64,000 bases of DNA, from the NCBI GenBank assembly GCA_036172245.1, contig JAYWIR010000009.1, positions 1,364,001 to 1,428,000 of the forward strand, read 5' to 3'. Origin of the DNA: Raillietiella orientalis (lineage: Eukaryota). Shown here piece after piece: positions 1 through 13,282 of this stretch (positions are counted from its first letter, which is position 1; each line of letters begins with the position of its first letter). Both the position numbers and the translations under genes were made by a program. Below the pieces are notes generated by a model. That model saw only the letters and a program-made list of their open reading frames with translations, searched no databases and was not told where the DNA came from.

Positions 1-3000
1 TAGACATTGTTTCAGTGTTGCAGGCTTATATATCTATAGCTTAGATATTGTTTCATAGCTACGTTCGTAAACTAATCTTATGAGTTCAGCGTATCCACCG
101 AGACCCGATCATTTAGTTTGAAAACCTTAGGATAATGTTACTTCACATGGGATTCGTAGATGACGACCATGTGACAAGCAGCTTGGGCAAGAATTTCGCT
201 ACCTGCCTTATTTCCATTCCTCACACCTGCATACTTCAGAATTTCCAAAATCTGCACGCAAGTTGCAAGGTATGTGGTCGATTTTTATACACCTTTATTG
301 TGAACATCAGTTGAGAAGAAACCTTGGAAAACGGTAAATTTGTTTTCCAGTTGCATACTTCAAGGACCAGCACTCATCTCTGGCAACACCGTAAGTATGG
401 TATTTGGCGGCAAGTATGGAGAACCATCGAAACACGTGACCGACATGGATGCCAATCACAACTGCGAGTTGTAACTACATTAGTCAGAGATGGAGAAGAA
501 GTGTAGTATCAATTCTGTCGGAAGCTTTTGTCGAAGTGCACTACTCTTGGAAAGACTGAAAAATCATCATCTACTCAAATGGGTGTACTCATTCTTTTAA
601 TATGTAGGTTGTAGACATAAAAACCGCTATCTTTAGTGCTTCGTTTCCAGTTCTAGATCAAAGCACAAGCGGACCTGGATCTGGATCTACTATGAACGGT
701 TCTGCCACTCCTGAAGCAAGAAGGAACATTTACAACATTTTGTTGCATTAGTTTACTCGAACGAGCCTAAAGCTAGCAGGCTTTCCAAATGTCAGTTTAG
801 TTGCAGATGTAAACAGGAGATCCGAATCACCAGCTTTTTTTTCTTTCTTTCTTCCTGGTTCTTCCGTAATCTTATCAGGAACAATACAAGTTGGCGATTT
901 TCAAACACTTTGATGTTCTTCCTACTATAAGATACGTTCCTGTTTGAAAACTCTTTCAAAAAATACGGAGAAGAGTAATCCTTGATGCTGTCCTATGGAT
1001 ACTGATGTAATTCTCAGGCGGTCTACGTTTATTCTGATATTTTTTCCCATTCATTTCTCTCAAAGGTTTAAAGGAATTATTGTCTTTAAAATGTCTCGGT
1101 AAAAACTGAGAGGCTAATCTGATCAGAAATTATCAAAAACTCATAAAAAAGATCAAATTAAGTAGTGAGACAAAGACTGATAAAGAAATCTTTGCAAACG
1201 GTAATGCACCTAAATTTAAACTGTATAAATCTTCGTCTCAGATCTTTAGAGGAAACACTATTTCAAAAACTGTGCAGAAACAGGTTGGAGGCTTTCGATT
1301 TCGTGTCTGCAGAAAACTGAAGTTCGTTTGATCTGAGTGAATTTTCGGATAACCGACAACGAAGAGATTTCTCTTAGAACAGTTTTAAGAGAATGGATAC
1401 ATCACTGAAAGGAAAACGCGTGAAGGACCAATGCTCTATGGAGAACAGCCAAGAAGATTAGCAAGACGTAGTTAACAGTAGCATGCCAAAAGATTGAAGG
1501 TAGCGCGTAATGTAAAGCGTTATTTTGCTTCATGGCGAACGTGGAGATTTGTTGAATGGATTGGATCGACCGCTTGTCTACGTCACGACATGACGTCACG
1601 AATAAGAATAAGCAGAGTTTCCAGAGATCACGTCGTTTTTCGGAATGCGCTGGAGACTGTCTACTTTTCTGCTCGAGCACGCTTGCATGCACTCGTGTAA
1701 GTGTGCGTTAACATTCCGTTTCAGAGGGCAACATGGCAGTGCAAGATGCTTTTGGAGGTTAGCTTCAGTCTGCCCTGAAGTGTTGAGTTTTCGTGCCAGC
1801 AGATTTTCAATGGAGTCACCGCAATCGGCGGCCTTCTGAGATGAGACTCGGAAAACACAAGGGTTGTCATAGAAATATATATATCAAGGTGTTTCCAAAA
1901 TGTGAAATTCATCTTGAGCATGTGAACGCTTACATAGTATGAAACAAAGAGTACCGAATAAGTTTTGGCTCTTGGAAGAACTGAAGCACCTCAGTATTTA
2001 AAAGGACTAACATGGGTCGATCTTTGACGCATCAAACTGAGCCCCCAAAAGTTCATTTGAGAATAATTGCATGAACGAAACATATTAATTGCCACTATAA
2101 TATAAAGTTACGGAGAATGTAGATGTACTGTATTGTAATTTAGGTGGATTTATTTTTCGTATCTCTGGAAACGGAGGAAGTCGGGTCAGTTCGAAAAATT
2201 CTATAGGTTACTTAAGTTTTACCTATAAAGTGCATATTTGTGTGAGTTCATTAAATTATAATTTACTCCAATGTGGTTTCAATAATTTGTGTGGGAGCAC
2301 AAACTGGTATAATTCCTCGGGGATAATTACCGTTACTGAGGATCAAAAACTTTGCAAGCTTTGGTGATTTCGTGGCCTACCTAATGGGATCTACGAGTAT
2401 TTGTTTGGATCTCAATTAGGGTGATTCTTTAGAGGATTGAAAGTGTTGCAATGCAAAGCTTATGTAAGAATTTCTTGGTTTTTTGATCCCCGATAAATCA
2501 TTCCGAAGTACATCCCAATCCCATACTCTCAAGTATGGGATTTGCATGTCTCCACTGTGCCCTATCGTGTCAACACGTGCCTTTCAGTTTCCATGGTTTT
2601 GTAGTTTCGTACCGCGCAATACGATGAGGACTTTGAGTAACGGAAAAGATGGAGTGAGTTTCCAATACCGTACTGTCGGATGTGCGTAACGGAGGCACCG
2701 TGTAACGTGTACTTTGCTCTTTGTACGAAATCCGACAACTCAGATCTGCACCAAGATCGGTGAATTGCTTATCCATCTGCAAAGAGATCTACGTGGCTTC
2801 CGGATAGTTCAGTTGTACTTGGTGTACACGTTGGGTGTGAGAATATGAACGTAGCTTGCTTCTATTAGAGCTTAGAAGCTTACATTCATTACATGCATGC
2901 ACTTCTTTGTCAACACCTATTTTCGAGAAGAACGGCTAAAGCTTTAGGGAATCACTTGAAGTGGACGGAACAGATTCTTCGGCTTTCAAGTTGATGCTGT

Positions 3001-3849
3001 TCGCTTTCCTTTCTTAGATCCACGTGAACTTTGGACCGTTTTTACCTAGAGGCTTGTTTGTCCTCCATAAAGTTTAGATGCAGAAGAAATGAGCCTTCGA
3101 AGAATTCAAGAGAACAAACACAAGGAAGTTGTGTTTAGAATCCATCTAAAGGCTCGTCGTCGCAGGAGAGACGTTATTACGTAACATATGTAAGGAAAAC
3201 TGCTCGAGGCAGCAAACGCTAGCTAAACACCGTGGCAACTAAACTACACACCAACACAGATTTCAGCACCGCCACGTCGTGGCTTTGGTTTAGGAATGCA
3301 CGTTCAGTAAGAGATGTTGCCTGAGCATTCGGTCTTAGACGTTTCTGATAAAAAAGCAGTAATGAAACGGATGGGATTTGTTCGTTTCTGCCAGCAGTTG
3401 AATACTCTTTCCCGCATCCTTCCATCCTACATAAATATCCGTTTACTTGGAGCGTTCCCTTATTTTCCAAGTACTGCTTACCAAAAAGGTGAATCATCTT
3501 GATCCACACATCTCACATGTGTTCATCGGCGTGTACTTCAAGACGTGGCTGCTCGTGGAAACGGAATGCCAATTGCTGGATTCCAACTCTCATTCAGACT
3601 TCGGTCCACGGAAAAATCGACGTGCGTGCATTTTTGATCCTTCGATTTGGATGGCAAAAGGTAAAACACCATCGTGATCCTAAGCGAGGTTTGATACTGA
3701 TAGATACGTCATATAAATCCGGTGTTTTCAGGAAGAAGAAGAAAAAAAAAAAGAGTTATGGAACGCTGAGCAGCTGTGGAAAGGAATTGAGGTTCCCAAA
3801 TCGTATTGCTTTATGATTTAACGGCATCAAAGATGCGAGCTGAACGCAA

Positions 3850-4790
3850 CCGATTTCAATCCCTTTTCCACGGATCGCATCAGCTTAGCCGCTCTGGAGA
3901 ATGCTCACCTCCGTCCCTATTCAAGCATTCTCTCGTTTTGATGCGAAAGAAGTGAAACATTGCTTCGAAGGTCACGTTTGCTCTGATCATGAGTGACCGT
4001 AGGTCCCATTTGTCATGCGGATTCATTGGACGGAATCTCAAAATCGCTGCTTTCGCGTTGGGATGCTGTGAGGTCCAAGTACGCATCGCGTACCCTTGAC
4101 GCAACCTGGAGAAAGAGGAACGATCCAAGCTGCAGAACATTCAGATGAGAATCTTATGTTCAGCACACGTCGGCAGAAACGTACGTCTGCTCATTTGGAA
4201 CAGGATGCCACACGAACTCTTTGCCCAGGTATTCCAGAGTCCCCATAAATCTGTCTGCACAGTAGGCAACAGCTGCCTCCGAAGTTCTGCTTACCGGGAA
4301 GCTTCACGTCTCCGTTTTTCCTCCTGGCGGATTTTCATCTCGCGTTTCGCCGCCGTCGGAGCAGCCTGCCACCAAATCTCAAACCATTCTCTTTAACAGT
4401 GGACCATTTTTTTCCCCCCCCGTTTGAATCGGTTTCGAAATCGCCGGAAGGAAGAACCGACTCCCCAAGTCAAACCATCAGGTCAAGCGGAGACGGAACT
4501 TTGTGCTCCCTTGCCCTCCAGTTTTTGTCAATCTCCTCACGTGGCCGTTGCTGTTTTACGAAAGCATGGAGTCCTCTGGGCGATGGCCACGGTTTGCTGA
4601 CTTTCTTCCAGGCTCCTCGTGTCGTTTCTTCGTGATGGTGTCCTGGGTACGAGTGGCACTGCTTTCGTTAACAAAATGCTGACGTTTTCGTTAACATTCG
4701 TGAACTGAAAATTACGATATTTTTTTCTCGAGGGGTGGTCATCGTCTCCTAGAAGCACCTTTGCTTCCATTACAAACACAAATTTGTTTC
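3850..4790 (-). mobile_element. Gypsy/Ty3 pol fossil (RNase H end plus integrase), nested in the EnSpm-like element
   Basis: LGDDDHP..YRNFQF..NENV (TDH.PL / F.I.Y..G..N like), VQTDLWG (VH.D..GP like), WTSQHPNAKAAILRF..DKW (AYHP.ANG.VERF like). Confidence 0.5.
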
Positions 4791-6479
4791 TTCACAAAGG
4801 TTTTATTTTTTCTTGGTGAAACTTTTCCCCCTCGAGTGCAGAGCTTGGTTTGATTGAAACCTTATATCCCTGGACAAAACGGAACAAACAGCAATACAAG
4901 ACGTTAGCGATTTGTCAGTGAACTTCCTGAAAGGGTGGGTTTGCTGCCTATTCTTCAAAACAGTGTCTTAACACGGCCTCCCTCACCCATCCTCCTCGCG
5001 CTTGCCCATCCCGCCGGATGCAATTCTCGAGTTTGCTAGAAAAAATAAAATAAAATAAGATGATGGCAAGTGAAAGATAACACTTGCGAGCCACTGCTAT
5101 CCTAATGGAAAGCTTCTTCAGACTTATCCAGCGATGGACCGGCAACTGCGTGATTGCAATGAAATCTGTCCCTTTCTGTTTTCCCCCGTTACTCGCAGAC
5201 GACGAACGGCTTATGGGCACTCGGCGCGGTGAATTCTCCCTGCGGGCATTTCTATAGATTTCCTACCGGGATTTTCAAGTTCTCATCTCTAGGAGCATGG
5301 TCCAGTTCGACAAAGTGCAAGGGGTCATGCAGCGAAAAATTCAATCAGCTGATTCTCAACGCAACTCTAAAATGGTTATTCCGCTATATCGTTCCATAAA
5401 GTAGAATCAATACATATGTGTGCGTTGCGGTTCAAGTGATTTATCGGTTTACGTTCATAATAACAAAATGAAAAGATCAAAGTGAACAATCTATAAGAAT
5501 TCATCACGTGAACATCACGAAATCAAAGACGAACGACGTTCTTCTGAAATAGGAAAGAGCGGAGTAAAAGATGTCGAATTGGAAAACAGTGGGGAAGGGT
5601 GGGGGTATATGCAAGATCCTTCTTTTACACTCAATGAATTCTCTCAAGAAGCTCGAAAGTCTGCTAACTGAAAAAATGCGACGGCTTTTGGAGGCCAAAT
5701 TTCCAATAGCGGTTGTAGGAGAGAGTGTTCGGATAGGAGGGGGAGGGGGTCCAGATGCTTACAGGGCTACAGCCGGTAACTGGAACATCACAGCCGTTAC
5801 AATTTCTATTGGAAATGGAAACTTGTATGAGTTCGGTACAAAAGAAATGTCATTTTAAACCAACTCCGTACAAGGAGTGGATTCGCCGTCTGCAAGGAAA
5901 CTTTCGCCTCAGTTCACGAAGTTCCAGATATCGGAATAATCCTAAGAGAATGAGATCCCGAGGATTCTAATTTAGGCGGTCAGGGATGCCAATATTGGAA
6001 GTGCGATCGGAACTCAAATGGCTGCAAATGCGAAAAGCTCAAAAATCGTTTGTGATCCCAAACGCCACAAAAGCTCTTCCTGCAAAAATAAATGGTTTGC
6101 TTATCACCGTGCAATAACGTAAACTCCTTGTATTATTCATGTATTCCCCTCCTACCTTTATAAAAATTAATATTTCAACCAATCCGCGTAGTTTTGTCAC
6201 AGTTTGTACACCATGATTTCGTATCATTTTGTCACAAGTCTGTTTTTTTTTTTTCTTTTGATTTGTCAAGAACTTGTTTATGCAATGAATAATGCATGTA
6301 TGCTTCAATAATAAATAAAATTGTAGAACATGTTCTTATCAAATTTACCAGGCTTTACTGGTAATTCTCCATATTTATCGGGACGTTTACTGCAAGAACA
6401 TGCGCATGATGTTTTCAACTTCCGGTCACGTCGTTTTCGTGAGCACCGGTGCCCCATATCTCGCATCCATAAAGTCCCG

Positions 6480-6515
6480 CAGGACATGATTTAAATCCAT
6501 TTAAATCGTGTCCTG
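6480..6515. repeat. 36-bp palindrome (17-bp arms, 1 mismatch, 2-nt loop)
   Basis: caggacatgatttaaat-cc-atttaaatcgtgtcctg. Confidence 0.9.
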
Positions 6516-6799
6516 AAACTGCACCAACGCGGTCTGAAGAGTAGGGTGAAAGCACGGCATTTGTACGCGGTGGTCCACTACCACCTAAGGGTGTCCATTG
6601 GTTCAAAATGAGCACACTATGTAGCAACAGACGCCTTTCCGTTTCTCTACGGGAGCTGACGGCCCATCTATGGTCCGGCATGATTTTGGTTCCACAAAGC
6701 ACCCGAACTTTGTACGTAGGGGGGTCCGATGGAAATCCTTGGGTTTTTTGTTTCCACGCCTCTCCGCCCACGGCAACCCGCAGGGGGGCGTGTAATTCT

Positions 6800-7600
6800 T
6801 CAGGATAGGGGGCACCCCGGGATGGGGGTCCGCCCTATGAATCCAGGAAGGACTCGGAGTCCGTTCCTCTCACGCTTGGGGAAGGATCCCCCCCGGACGG
6901 GGGAGATCGCACCTCCCACCCTGGTTGTCTCCGAAGGAGAACCCCGAATCTCTTTTCTCATTCTCTCCGGAGGGGCACCCCCCTAATGGGGGGTGGTTCT
7001 CTCCATTTCAACTTCTCCGAAGGGAACCCGGAAAGGATCCGCTAGTAGAAATTTCTTCTCCGGAGGGATCCCGCAAGGGAACCGCTCCTGTTCAATACTC
7101 TGAAGAGAACCCGAAGGGGCGCTTCCGAAACTCAGAAGGGGCGCTGCTGCTGCTTCCCGCAGGGGGATCACGCTTTCGTTTGCTTCCTTGCACCCTTCTG
7201 GAGAGGCAACGACTCGGAGGGACCCCCCAACAGGGGGGGTCCGCTCCTTTGAACAACTGGAGAGGTGCCCCTGAGGGCTCCTGCTCCATCTTGAAACCGG
7301 AGGCGGTCCCCCGGTGATGGGGGTCCGCTCTCCGTTGCACGACAGGAGGGGGAACTCCCCACTCCTTTATTCCTGGGAGGACCCGAAGGTCGACTCCCAT
7401 TGTTCCAGCCTTCATCGGGAGGCCTCCGGCTTTATCCACCGCCGGGGCCACGCCCGAATGTCTCGGCCAACCAGCGCCATCTTGCAGGAGAAACTCGGAA
7501 CCCAAACGACGCAGTGGCGTCAGTTATCTGCCGAAGTATTCGAACCCGCGACGCACGGTGCCACGCGCGGAAGCCCTAACCACAAAGCCTCCGACGCGGG
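6800..7600 (-). mobile_element. Long tRNA-derived SINE-like element, copy 1 (diverged)
   Basis: Minus-strand head with B-box GGGTTCGAATAC (7547-7536) and second GGGTTCCGAG module (~7503-7494). Body is colinear with the copies at 46245 and 60145. Confidence 0.75.
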
Positions 7601-7619
7601 CAATGAGGTGTCCACCTTT

Positions 7620-8750
7620 ACAATCGGGCATCCTCATTCCGCTTGATTGATACTTGTGGTTTTTCTGAACCTCAAGAGGCGATCAAGGTTGCGTGACATG
7701 TGGCTCGCACCCGGGCGCGTCCGCAACACGCCTTTCAGCCGCCAGAATTCGTTTGCTTCCCCATCAGACATACGCGTGCATTCCGTCTGTACCTTGATGC
7801 GGTACCCAAGTACTAAAGTAGTCAGTGCCTCCAGTGGAAAGGCAACGGACACGCGATGGCGCTTTCGAAATGGCGGATGCCAGCACGTGGAGTTCATCCG
7901 GGTCGGAGGGAGGTTGGATCCGATTCTCCCGCGAGAGCTTTCTGAATGGAAGATCCGACGAGGCCGTGGAGCCGAATCGTTTCAGCAGACGGTTCTCGCA
8001 TTTCATCGTCTCACATTCTCAAGCCGTGGAACCAGGAACTAACTCGATCCTTTGCTTGGACCTGGACAAAAAGCTGGACTCCCTCAGGTTCTCTTGAATC
8101 CTCTCTCTGATGATCACTTATTGCCAAAGGATACAAACGTAGTTAAAAAAGGAAAACAGAGATTGACTCTGCGTTTTCCTACTCGAGGCATATCAAGATT
8201 CTGGAAGCAATAGTCCTTATGCTATGGAAACTTCATGTTCAAAGGCTTTCTGGGTAAAGCGTGTTGCCATGGTACTCTGCTGGAGTAATCGCTTCTTCCT
8301 CTCTTTCTCATGACAATTCACAGTTTGGCACGTCCACCTGCTTGCACGGTAGCCATGGATTTGCATCTCGGCTGCAAAACCGAAGTAGTGCTGCGTATCA
8401 GCTGGAGACGTGTTTCTCCATCAGTCTTCGGTTCCCTTGGATCCGAGCGGTGGGACTCTCGCAAGAGTTCGTCTAATTGATGCTCGACATGCTGCGGTGA
8501 GTCCTGCAGGCAGACCTCGACTCCGGCTTTTCATAACGGAGGGTGCTGACATTCCCTGAACGAACGTCACGTCCATCCTTTGCTTGCTTGACCCGGGCGG
8601 GAATGGCCTACAAACTCACCTACGCCTGTTGCTGACCTCTGCTCCTTGAGTTCATCATTGGTTCGGTTTGCAAGTTGCCGTGTCTAAACCTATGCCGTCT
8701 TTTCGGCGTCAGTCTCTCACCGATCGCTGAGAGCAGGAACAATTTTCGGA
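7620..8750 (-). mobile_element. Gypsy/Ty3 integrase (and probable RNase H) fossil
   Basis: ELHV..GTDYFSTWV (VDYFSKW like), SDGEANEF, GVLRTRPGASHMSRNLDRLLRF (integrase core) in shifted frames. Confidence 0.5.
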
Positions 8751-10849
8751 GAGCATGCGCTGCTGGAAGCGCTCTTCCCTTTACGAGTAGGGGTCTTTCG
8801 GGATCACCGAATCTCGATGACGGGTATGATTAGGAAACGGTTGTCGTCTCGAAAATCAGTGCTTGGAAATTTTCTTTTCCTCTTGCAGATTGTTCCATCA
8901 AGTTCCATTTTCCCTGCTTGAGAAAGGACTCTCCGTAGAGGCAACAGTTGGTTGCTCCCTCTGAGATGCGATTCCACTTCAGCACCCGGGATGAAATTCC
9001 AGATCAGCCCTCTGCTGGTTTGTAAGAGTGATGCTGCCACGTCCAGTCGCTACTCATTCAGCACTTTGGCGGAAGCGGAAGAGAGATTCACAGTGGTATT
9101 ATTTAATGTCTGGTGCTTTCGTACCATCATTATCGTCATTTTTATTCTTAGGTATGGGGGATTTGAAGCTGAGATCTGATTATCTTTTCGCTCCAAAGAT
9201 TTCAACGATTCCGGATGCTGCAGATACGGCGGGACGAGAATCAGCTTCTAGAATAAAGCTTATCCAACTTAGCTCCGAGCCACTTGATAATTTGCTCGAG
9301 AGCACGAAGTTATTATTGGGAGCAATCTTGGCTTTTAGATATCCTGACCCGTGGAATCCAAAGATTTGATCTGGGAACATGTGCTCCGAGATGGAGATTG
9401 TGTCGGGAAAGGATTCCTAATCAGGATCTGTGTTTTCTTAGTCTTGAAGTTTAGTTCACTTGGTGGTTACCAGGGGGATGGCGTGAGAGGAAACTCCTCC
9501 AAGAACCATTTTCCTTCCTCTTGGGAACCTTGCCAAGCTTTCGTTTCCTTCAAGGCATTCCCTCGTTTTGATGCTTTCATGGATCTTCTCGCTTCTGAAG
9601 CAGTCCTTTTCCTCAAGTGAGGGCCAAGTGCTTGCGTTTCTTGGCGCCCCGGAGTAGCCAAAAATCGAATTAGCTTCCAGCGGCATCCTAGAAACGCCTT
9701 TTGCAGCAGCGAGGCTGCGAGCCTTCGATCCCAGAAGGATCAGCTTCGCTAACAGAGTCGTATTCCTTGCCGATGCATCTCTCTGCCGCCAAGTTCCCAG
9801 TCCTTCTCACTGTCATGACGGCATTGCCTCGCACGCATGGACGATGCGTTTGAAGTAGGGAACACTTGTTGGAGGAAGCGACTGTGGGAGTTGCAGCACT
9901 GAGGAGATGGGAAAACTACGTTAGCAGTACCTTACCAGGAATCGTCTTCCTTTTTCTCTCGGAATCGCTGGCAGCCATGCATTTGTAGCCGTAGCATCTT
10001 CAATAAGGCGTTCATTATTCGTACGAATGTGGTTGTTGTTGCAATTAACGTTGTAACTGACTTGACCTGGTAAACGTTTTTTTCCACATGTCACTTCCCC
10101 CGAAACGTTTGAGCTAAGCAACCTTTCCGAAGAACTGCATGCCATCTACGAGGAATTTTTCTCCCATTCTCATCCCTCCCAACTTCATTTCGTCGCACCA
10201 AGTCCTCGGCACAAATCATAGGTTTCCTGTATTCTCAGCTGGCCAGTTCGATGTTCCCGCAAGTGGGAAAAGCTCTCCTTCGTTCCACGATCAACTCTGG
10301 TTCACTGGAGGACTATGGGTTTGCTGGTTGCATCTCTCAGTGTACACCCATTCTTGAGAGTTCCGGAGCCCTCACTCTGTTTTGAAGAAGGGTCACGGAT
10401 CGCTGACCTCTTCATATTCTGGTACCGTGCTTATTCAAGGGTTGAAAAATCAGTGGTAGCCGGCAACTGTCGTTGAAAACCCAATGCCAGCCCATCGTGA
10501 CCGGGAAAGAGACGCGAACTGCTATTCCTTTCCATGAATCCATCGTCTATAGGTTGAGGATAGGAACGAAGAGGTCGGAAGCTATCTTATCGGAAGGTCT
10601 GGTGAGATGAAATCATTAAGGACGCCTGATGATCAACGAAAATATCCGCGTACATTGCTGCTTTTGCCCCCTGTCGTGTTCCTAGAGATGAAGCAGTTTC
10701 CAGAGCGGCGATCTGTGCGGCCGAGGACGGTGACAAAAGGAGATTCATGCATGCGTGGTGGTGAGCATTCAACAGCTGAAAAATCGTTATCGTGCATTCA
10801 TCACGTGACAGTTCACCTAACGCAGCACTGCAAGTCCAAAGGCACGTAA

Positions 10850-12010
10850 TTTTTCCCTTCGCTTTGGTGGGAGAGAGCGCGCCTCGATGTTTGGTGATAA
10901 AAATGTGGAAAACCGAATTGACGAAAAGGAAGCAGCAAAATAAAGGAACGAGGAAGATTAATAGGGAGCCCACGGACGGCTGTGTGATGCGCGCTGGGAG
11001 CGGCGTGTGGTCTCAGCCCGTGCTTTTTCAAGAGCCATCCGTCGCTGTTCCGACGACAAAAAATTCTGTTGTCCTTTATTTCCTTTGGCCTTTGGTGGCG
11101 CAGTCTCAGAGAGCGGCGGTGCTACACATCCGAGGCTGCGACTGCTATTTTTTCCTATCGGATGCACTACGCGTCTCCAACGAATCACGTGATGATCATT
11201 ATGGATGAGTGGCGGGAAGCCGCCGCTCTGGGAAATGCCACCAGAAAATTTCTGCTCCGTCATGGATTCTCGTGCACTTCTGGGGACTTTGAGAACTAGT
11301 GGACCCGACTCATGTGGTCTTCAGTCGTTTGTACAACGTTCAATTTCCGGTTTACGTTCGTTCCACCTTTTTCGAGGAGGTTCCACTTGCGGAAACGTCC
11401 AGGGTTATGAAGATGCCACCCCCACCTCATCAGGGCCGCAGTTCGGAAGAACTGAAAAAATCGTCAAGAGGACAGAGGCAGATGGCACCATCGAAGTTTT
11501 TGAAAAAGTGAAGGATGAGAAAGGCTAGAGATTTCTTGAGCATTCTTGCAGAGATCAGGAGTGACTGGAGTTTCGCATGATGAGCTGGATAATCCAGGCT
11601 AGCTGTTCTCTTTTAGACCGACGAGGCAATCCATTCGTGTCCGAAGTTTGGTATGAGCACTGCTCTGAGTCGAAAGTGGTCGATGGACACCAGCAGCTCG
11701 GTCGCTCGGCTGGCTGAAAGGCCTCGTTCCCTAACTGCACTCCATCTCTCATCTTCAGAGGATTCCTCATGGCATGTGCGTCACTCGGACGTCGCATCTT
11801 GAGGTGAGGTGCGGGCTATTCCACCGAGATATTTGCTCCCCAAAAAAGGGAGACGGGGTAGGTGAAATGTTTCCAATCAGTGGAACTGCTGCATGTCGAT
11901 ATGCATCATTTTTTGACTCGGAACGGTTTCTGATGACAGTGCGTTGGGAAGTGATGACTGCGATTGAAATGATGAGCAGTTCGGCAGTTCTCCCTGTGAA
12001 GATTTAAGAA
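10850..12010 (+). mobile_element. BEL/Pao integrase and C-terminal fossil
   Basis: CTTRLQ (C..TRAVH like), NATRKFLLRHGFSCTSGDFEN (ALRRF..RRG.P...SDNG like), KMPPPPHQG (F.PP.APH.GG like), PKKGDGV, VRWEV..VLPV. Confidence 0.55.
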
Positions 12011-13106
12011 GTCATTTTGCTAGATTACCACAACCAGCATCGCAACAGCCAGAGACAGGAGTTACCGGGGATCATCTGAGGCTCTATGCTGGTCGTTTTG
12101 GCTTCTCTCGATAGCTTCCGGGCTTTTTTTTTTTTCCCGGATGTCCTTCTTCATGGATCATTCTCTTTCGCCAAGACACACCAATCCTCTGTCTCTTGGC
12201 TATTTGAGATGCCTATCGACCTCAGGAACTTACCCCTGCTGCGGGACCACGGTCATTCACGTGGTGATCTTACACCTTTCCTGGTCGAGGCGTTTTCGTG
12301 GACGCCCAATCGTAGTCAGCTAATTCACTATCGAAAATGGAGACTGTGACGAAGCAGTTTTAGACTGCTTTTTCCTTCCTTGTCAACTGGAATCTTGACA
12401 CCGGGATCTAGGAGTACTCAGTTCAGGAACGTTCCTCCATGTTTTTTTTTTTTTTCTCCAGCCTTCGTACGCATCCAGCAGGAAGCTTTTTAACCACGTG
12501 ACAGTCTGTAAACTCGTCCTCCGTTTTGCAACTCTTTCAAAGTGATCAAAGGCAAACTCAATTCGGTGTTAAGAACGGCTTTTCTCTCTTTAACTGGAAC
12601 GGGGATGCACTAAAGATCCAATACGTTTGGATATAACCCACCCTTGTCCAAGCTTTTGCTCTATTGTCTTCCTTCGTATTCCTTTCGACATTCGTGATGG
12701 TAGCCACGGTGATGCTGTCGTAGAAAAGTTTGCAGCAGCGTCTCGTGGGGAGTGCAACGCTCCTCACCAACTTTGGCTTTCTATGGCTAATGGGGTGCTA
12801 TCAGATTCGTGTTCGCGTTGCATCCCATCGACTCCAAGTACCTCCAGCGTCGCTGCTGCTGCTGCTGCTGCTGTCAGCTGCCGAGTTGGACACCGCACGT
12901 GCTCCTGCCACTCGGCAAGTCTTCGGATCGATCGACGTAATCGAAGGATCGCTTCCCTGATCGGGACCGAATCGCGTGAGGGGGAAGGCGACCCGGTTTT
13001 TGTAAACACTTTTCGGTGTTTTGCTGGATTGGCAGCGATAAGCCGAGAACGTGTGTGCAGCACGACAATAACATTTCGGTCACGGCGCAGTTGTTCGCTC
13101 GCTGTA

Positions 13107-13282
13107 CATAAATCACGAACAAGGATTCTCGGTTGTAGCGTGCAGATGTAAAAACCTCCAAGTATTTCAAAGGAAGGAGGAAATATCACCATTAAATAGG
13201 CACACATAAATCACCTGAAGGAGCTGCACACTCTCTCTCTTCATGTTGACAGAAGAACGAGCGTGCTCCGCAAGTGATTAAT
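13107..13282. promoter_or_regulatory. Cluster of Exd/Hox and Hth-type sites (candidate enhancer)
   Basis: CATAAATCA (reverse complement TGATTTATG) at 13107 and 13205; TGACAG at 13247; TGATTAAT at 13275. Confidence 0.4.

Larger units (their letters stand above)
1200..6546 (+). mobile_element. Decayed EnSpm/CMC(CACTA)-like DNA transposon (transposase plus DUF4806-like second ORF), interrupted
   Basis: Broken-frame motifs in expected order: LREWI..MPKD*R (1360-1500), YIYQGV (~1875), DKSFRS..SPL (~2490), AYIHYMHALL (~2880), FGP (~3030). ORF2-like W....CWIP (~3560) and LKKLESLL..IGGG..KCHF (5640-5860). AATAAA near 6310, subterminal palindrome at 6480, possible ...GTAGGG end at 6546. Boundaries uncertain. 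Confidence 0.5.

Noticed and set aside
6533..6590. Hammerhead-like core CTGAAGA...GAAA (also CTGATGA...GAAA at ~10626)
   Set aside because: Stems I and III and the UH cleavage site cannot be formed properly.
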